In this document: in pieces, positions 61,747 to 64,000 of the stretch | Layout of the letters: every line of letters starts with the position of its first letter | Position numbering within the stretch: position 1 is the stretch's first letter | Assembly: GCF_963921235.1 (NCBI RefSeq) | Contig: NC_086097.1 | Coordinates: 45,634,001 to 45,698,000, forward strand | Origin: Mobula hypostoma | Taxonomy: Eukaryota | Reading direction: 5' to 3' | DNA: 64,000 nucleotides | Made by a program: the position numbers and the translations under genes | Notes under the pieces: model-generated | The model's input: only the letters and a program-made list of their open reading frames with translations | The model's database searches: none | Told to the model about the DNA's origin: nothing

Positions 61747-61845
61747 ACGTATGACATTGAAGTGATTTCTAATTCAATTTTTAAAGTTTCCAGAATACCC
61801 AGCAGGCAGATGGACATTGTATTAGGCTGAGTTGGAATTCAGCTG

Positions 61846-61993
61846 GAAACAAACAAGAGAAAATCTGCAGATACTGGAAATCCGAGCAACGGTCCTGCCA
61901 AAGGGTTTCGGCCGGAAATGTCGACTGTAGGTGCTCTTTGCCTAGTTGTTGCCTGGCCTGCTGAATTCCTGCTGCATTTTGTGTGTGTTGCTC
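61846..61993. mobile_element. Inverted-arrangement Penelope pLTR mini-element
   Basis: pLTR pieces in both orientations, flanked by ggaattcagctg at 61834-61845 and 61994-62005. Confidence 0.7.
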
Positions 61994-62104
61994 GGAATTC
62001 AGCTGACGTGGGAGAGTGCCTACTAGTGGTTGTCTCAGTCCAGTTAAGTTGTTTATTTCAGCCTGATGAGTCGCTTCATTGTTCTGAGTCTCACTCTATA
62101 CTTG

Positions 62105-62373
62105 TAATTATTTATTTATTGAGATACAGCACGGAATAGGCCCTTCTTGCCCTTTGAGCCACACCACCCGGCATTCCCCTGATTTAATCTTAAGCTAATC
62201 ACAGGATAAGTTACAATGACCAATTAACCCACCGACCGATACGTCTCAGGCCTGTGGGAGGAAACCGGAGCACCCAGAGGAAACCCATGCGGTCACGTGG
62301 AGAACGTACAGGCAGTGACAAGAACTGAACCCTGGTCGCCTATACTGTAAAGTGTTGTGCTAACTACTACACT
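62105..62373 (-). mobile_element. HE1-like V-SINE
   Basis: tRNA-like head (tagtgtagtagttagc..gggttcagttc), V-domain gggtttcctctgggtgctccggtttcctcccaca, and CR1-type tail gggcaagaagggcctattccgtgctgtatctc. Confidence 0.8.
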
Positions 62374-64000
62374 ATTAATTCAAACTCCAAGCCTTCTGGC
62401 AAAAGAACAAAATGGGAAGGAAAATGAATACATTTTACAGGAAATGGAAATCTACCAGTACCAATCTCATGACTTCCACTATATTTATCAAACCAATATT
62501 TCTTTAGAGCAATACTAATGGGATTGCAATCAGTACACGACGTGCACACTGAATCTTCTGCATGAACTTAATCTGTCACGGCTTCTTTTATTTATCTCAG
62601 AGGCTAATTCAGCTGAACATATTCGTCCCTCTAAACCACATATTGATAGCTTCACTCATCTTCACGCACCCCATCACTGAAATGTTCCCACAACCTATGG
62701 ACTCAATTTCAAGGACTCTACATCTCATGTTCTTAATATTTATTATTTATTTATTTATTATTATTATTTCATTTTCTTCTCTCTTTTTGTATTTGCACAG
62801 CTTGTTGCTTCATTTGTCCATCCTGTCAGTGTGGTCTTTCACTGATTCTGTTGTGTTTCTTGCATTTCTTGCTCACAAGAAAATGAATCTCAGGGTTGTA
62901 CATGGTGACATACAGTATATGTACTTTGATAATAAATTTACCTTGAACTTTGAATGAGCTGCATCTGTATTTCTTGGAGTTTAGAAGAATGAGGTTATAA
63001 GATCTTACTTAAACATATAAGATCCAAAGGGCACTGGACAGGGTTGATGTTCAGTGGCTACAAAATAAGAGGCCAGTTGTTCAGAACTGAGGTGGAGATT
63101 TCTATTCTAAGAGGGCAGTGCCATTTCTGAAAGCTGGATCATCAGATATATTTAAGGTGGAGCTAGATAAATATTTGAAAGATTCGGGAATTGAGGGTAC
63201 TGGAGAACTGGCACAGAGGAAAGTTGAGACCAGCGTGGATCAGCCGTGATCATATTGAATGGTGCTGCGAACTTGTTGGACCTGGTGGCCTACTCTCGCT
63301 CCAGTTTTCTTGTGTTCTCGCTGGTTTATCCTTTCACAGCGCACAACCATCAGAAGAAACCGAAGCCTCTCCTCTTTGTAATCCTAGTTGGGATTTTTTT
63401 TTCATTATGTGCTGTGTCCTATGACGTGGGCATTCCTGGTCTTTCCGTGACCATGATTGTTCTTGGCAAAGTTTTCTACAGAAGCAGTTTACCATCTTCC
63501 TACTGGGCAGTGTCTTTACATTGTGGGCCAAAGGGCCTGTGGTGTGCTGTAGATTTCAATGTTCAATGTTCTAAGACAGGTGACCTCAGCCATTATCAAT
63601 ACTCTCCAGAGATTGTCTCCTGGCATCAGTGATCGCAAAACCAGGACTCGTGATATGCACCAGCTGCACATACAACCAACCACCACCTGCCCCCATGGCT
63701 TCACGTGACCCTGATCAGGGTTTAAGCAGGTGCTACACCCTTGCCCAAGGGTGACCTGCAGGCTAGCGGAGGGAAGGAGCACCTTACACCTCCTTTGGTA
63801 GAGATGTATCGCTCCTCCACTACCCACTAGTTGGGAAGACTCAAGTTAATATTACATCAGGTACTCAATCCATTTGGCCACTGTTTCACAAAGGAAATAG
63901 TTTCAAATACAAGAAGTGAGTTTACCTATGTTGAGAAGACAAATATTATCTGCTGTAGAATTTTTGAGTGCTGGGAGGTTCGGTAATGCTACTCAGGAGG

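Noticed and set aside
62060..62085. Isolated CTGATGAG motif as another hammerhead
   Set aside because: No downstream GAAA core or flanking stems.
62310..62373. tRNA-like A/B boxes (also at ~48860)
   Set aside because: These are SINE heads attached to V-domain and LINE tails; no complete cloverleaf.
63690..63830. Structured repeat end (hairpin cacccttg/caagggtg) as a possible HDV-like ribozyme of an RTE-like element
   Set aside because: I could not assemble the nested double pseudoknot by eye; a covariance-model search would be needed.

Overview
Vertebrate genomic DNA; the repeat content (CR1/HER-type LINEs, HE1-like V-SINEs, Penelope elements, Tc1) points to a cartilaginous fish, probably a ray (inference). 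Two host genes are recognisable, both on +: the last four coding exons of TECPR2 (8995-9143, 22031-22172, 27824-27973, 33414-33571; phase-consistent AG/GT junctions; C-terminal LIR 'DEWEII'), and an uninterrupted ANKRD9 CDS (42585-43487) behind a CCAAT/CATAAAA promoter. Most of the remainder is nested, decayed mobile DNA. Highlights: (1) a Gypsy-type LTR element whose RT/RNaseH/integrase core is replaced by an intronless fragment of host RBM25 (RRM), i.e. LTR-mediated gene capture; (2) many Penelope pseudo-LTR copies with minimal type-I hammerhead ribozyme cores, including a 109-bp ribozyme-bearing insert with a perfect 16-bp TSD; (3) a young L1 copy with twin-priming 5' inversion and 15-bp TSD that creates an in-frame L1-CR1 chimeric ORF. 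Family assignments were made by eye from remembered motifs; no searches were run, and repeat boundaries without a stated TSD are approximate.
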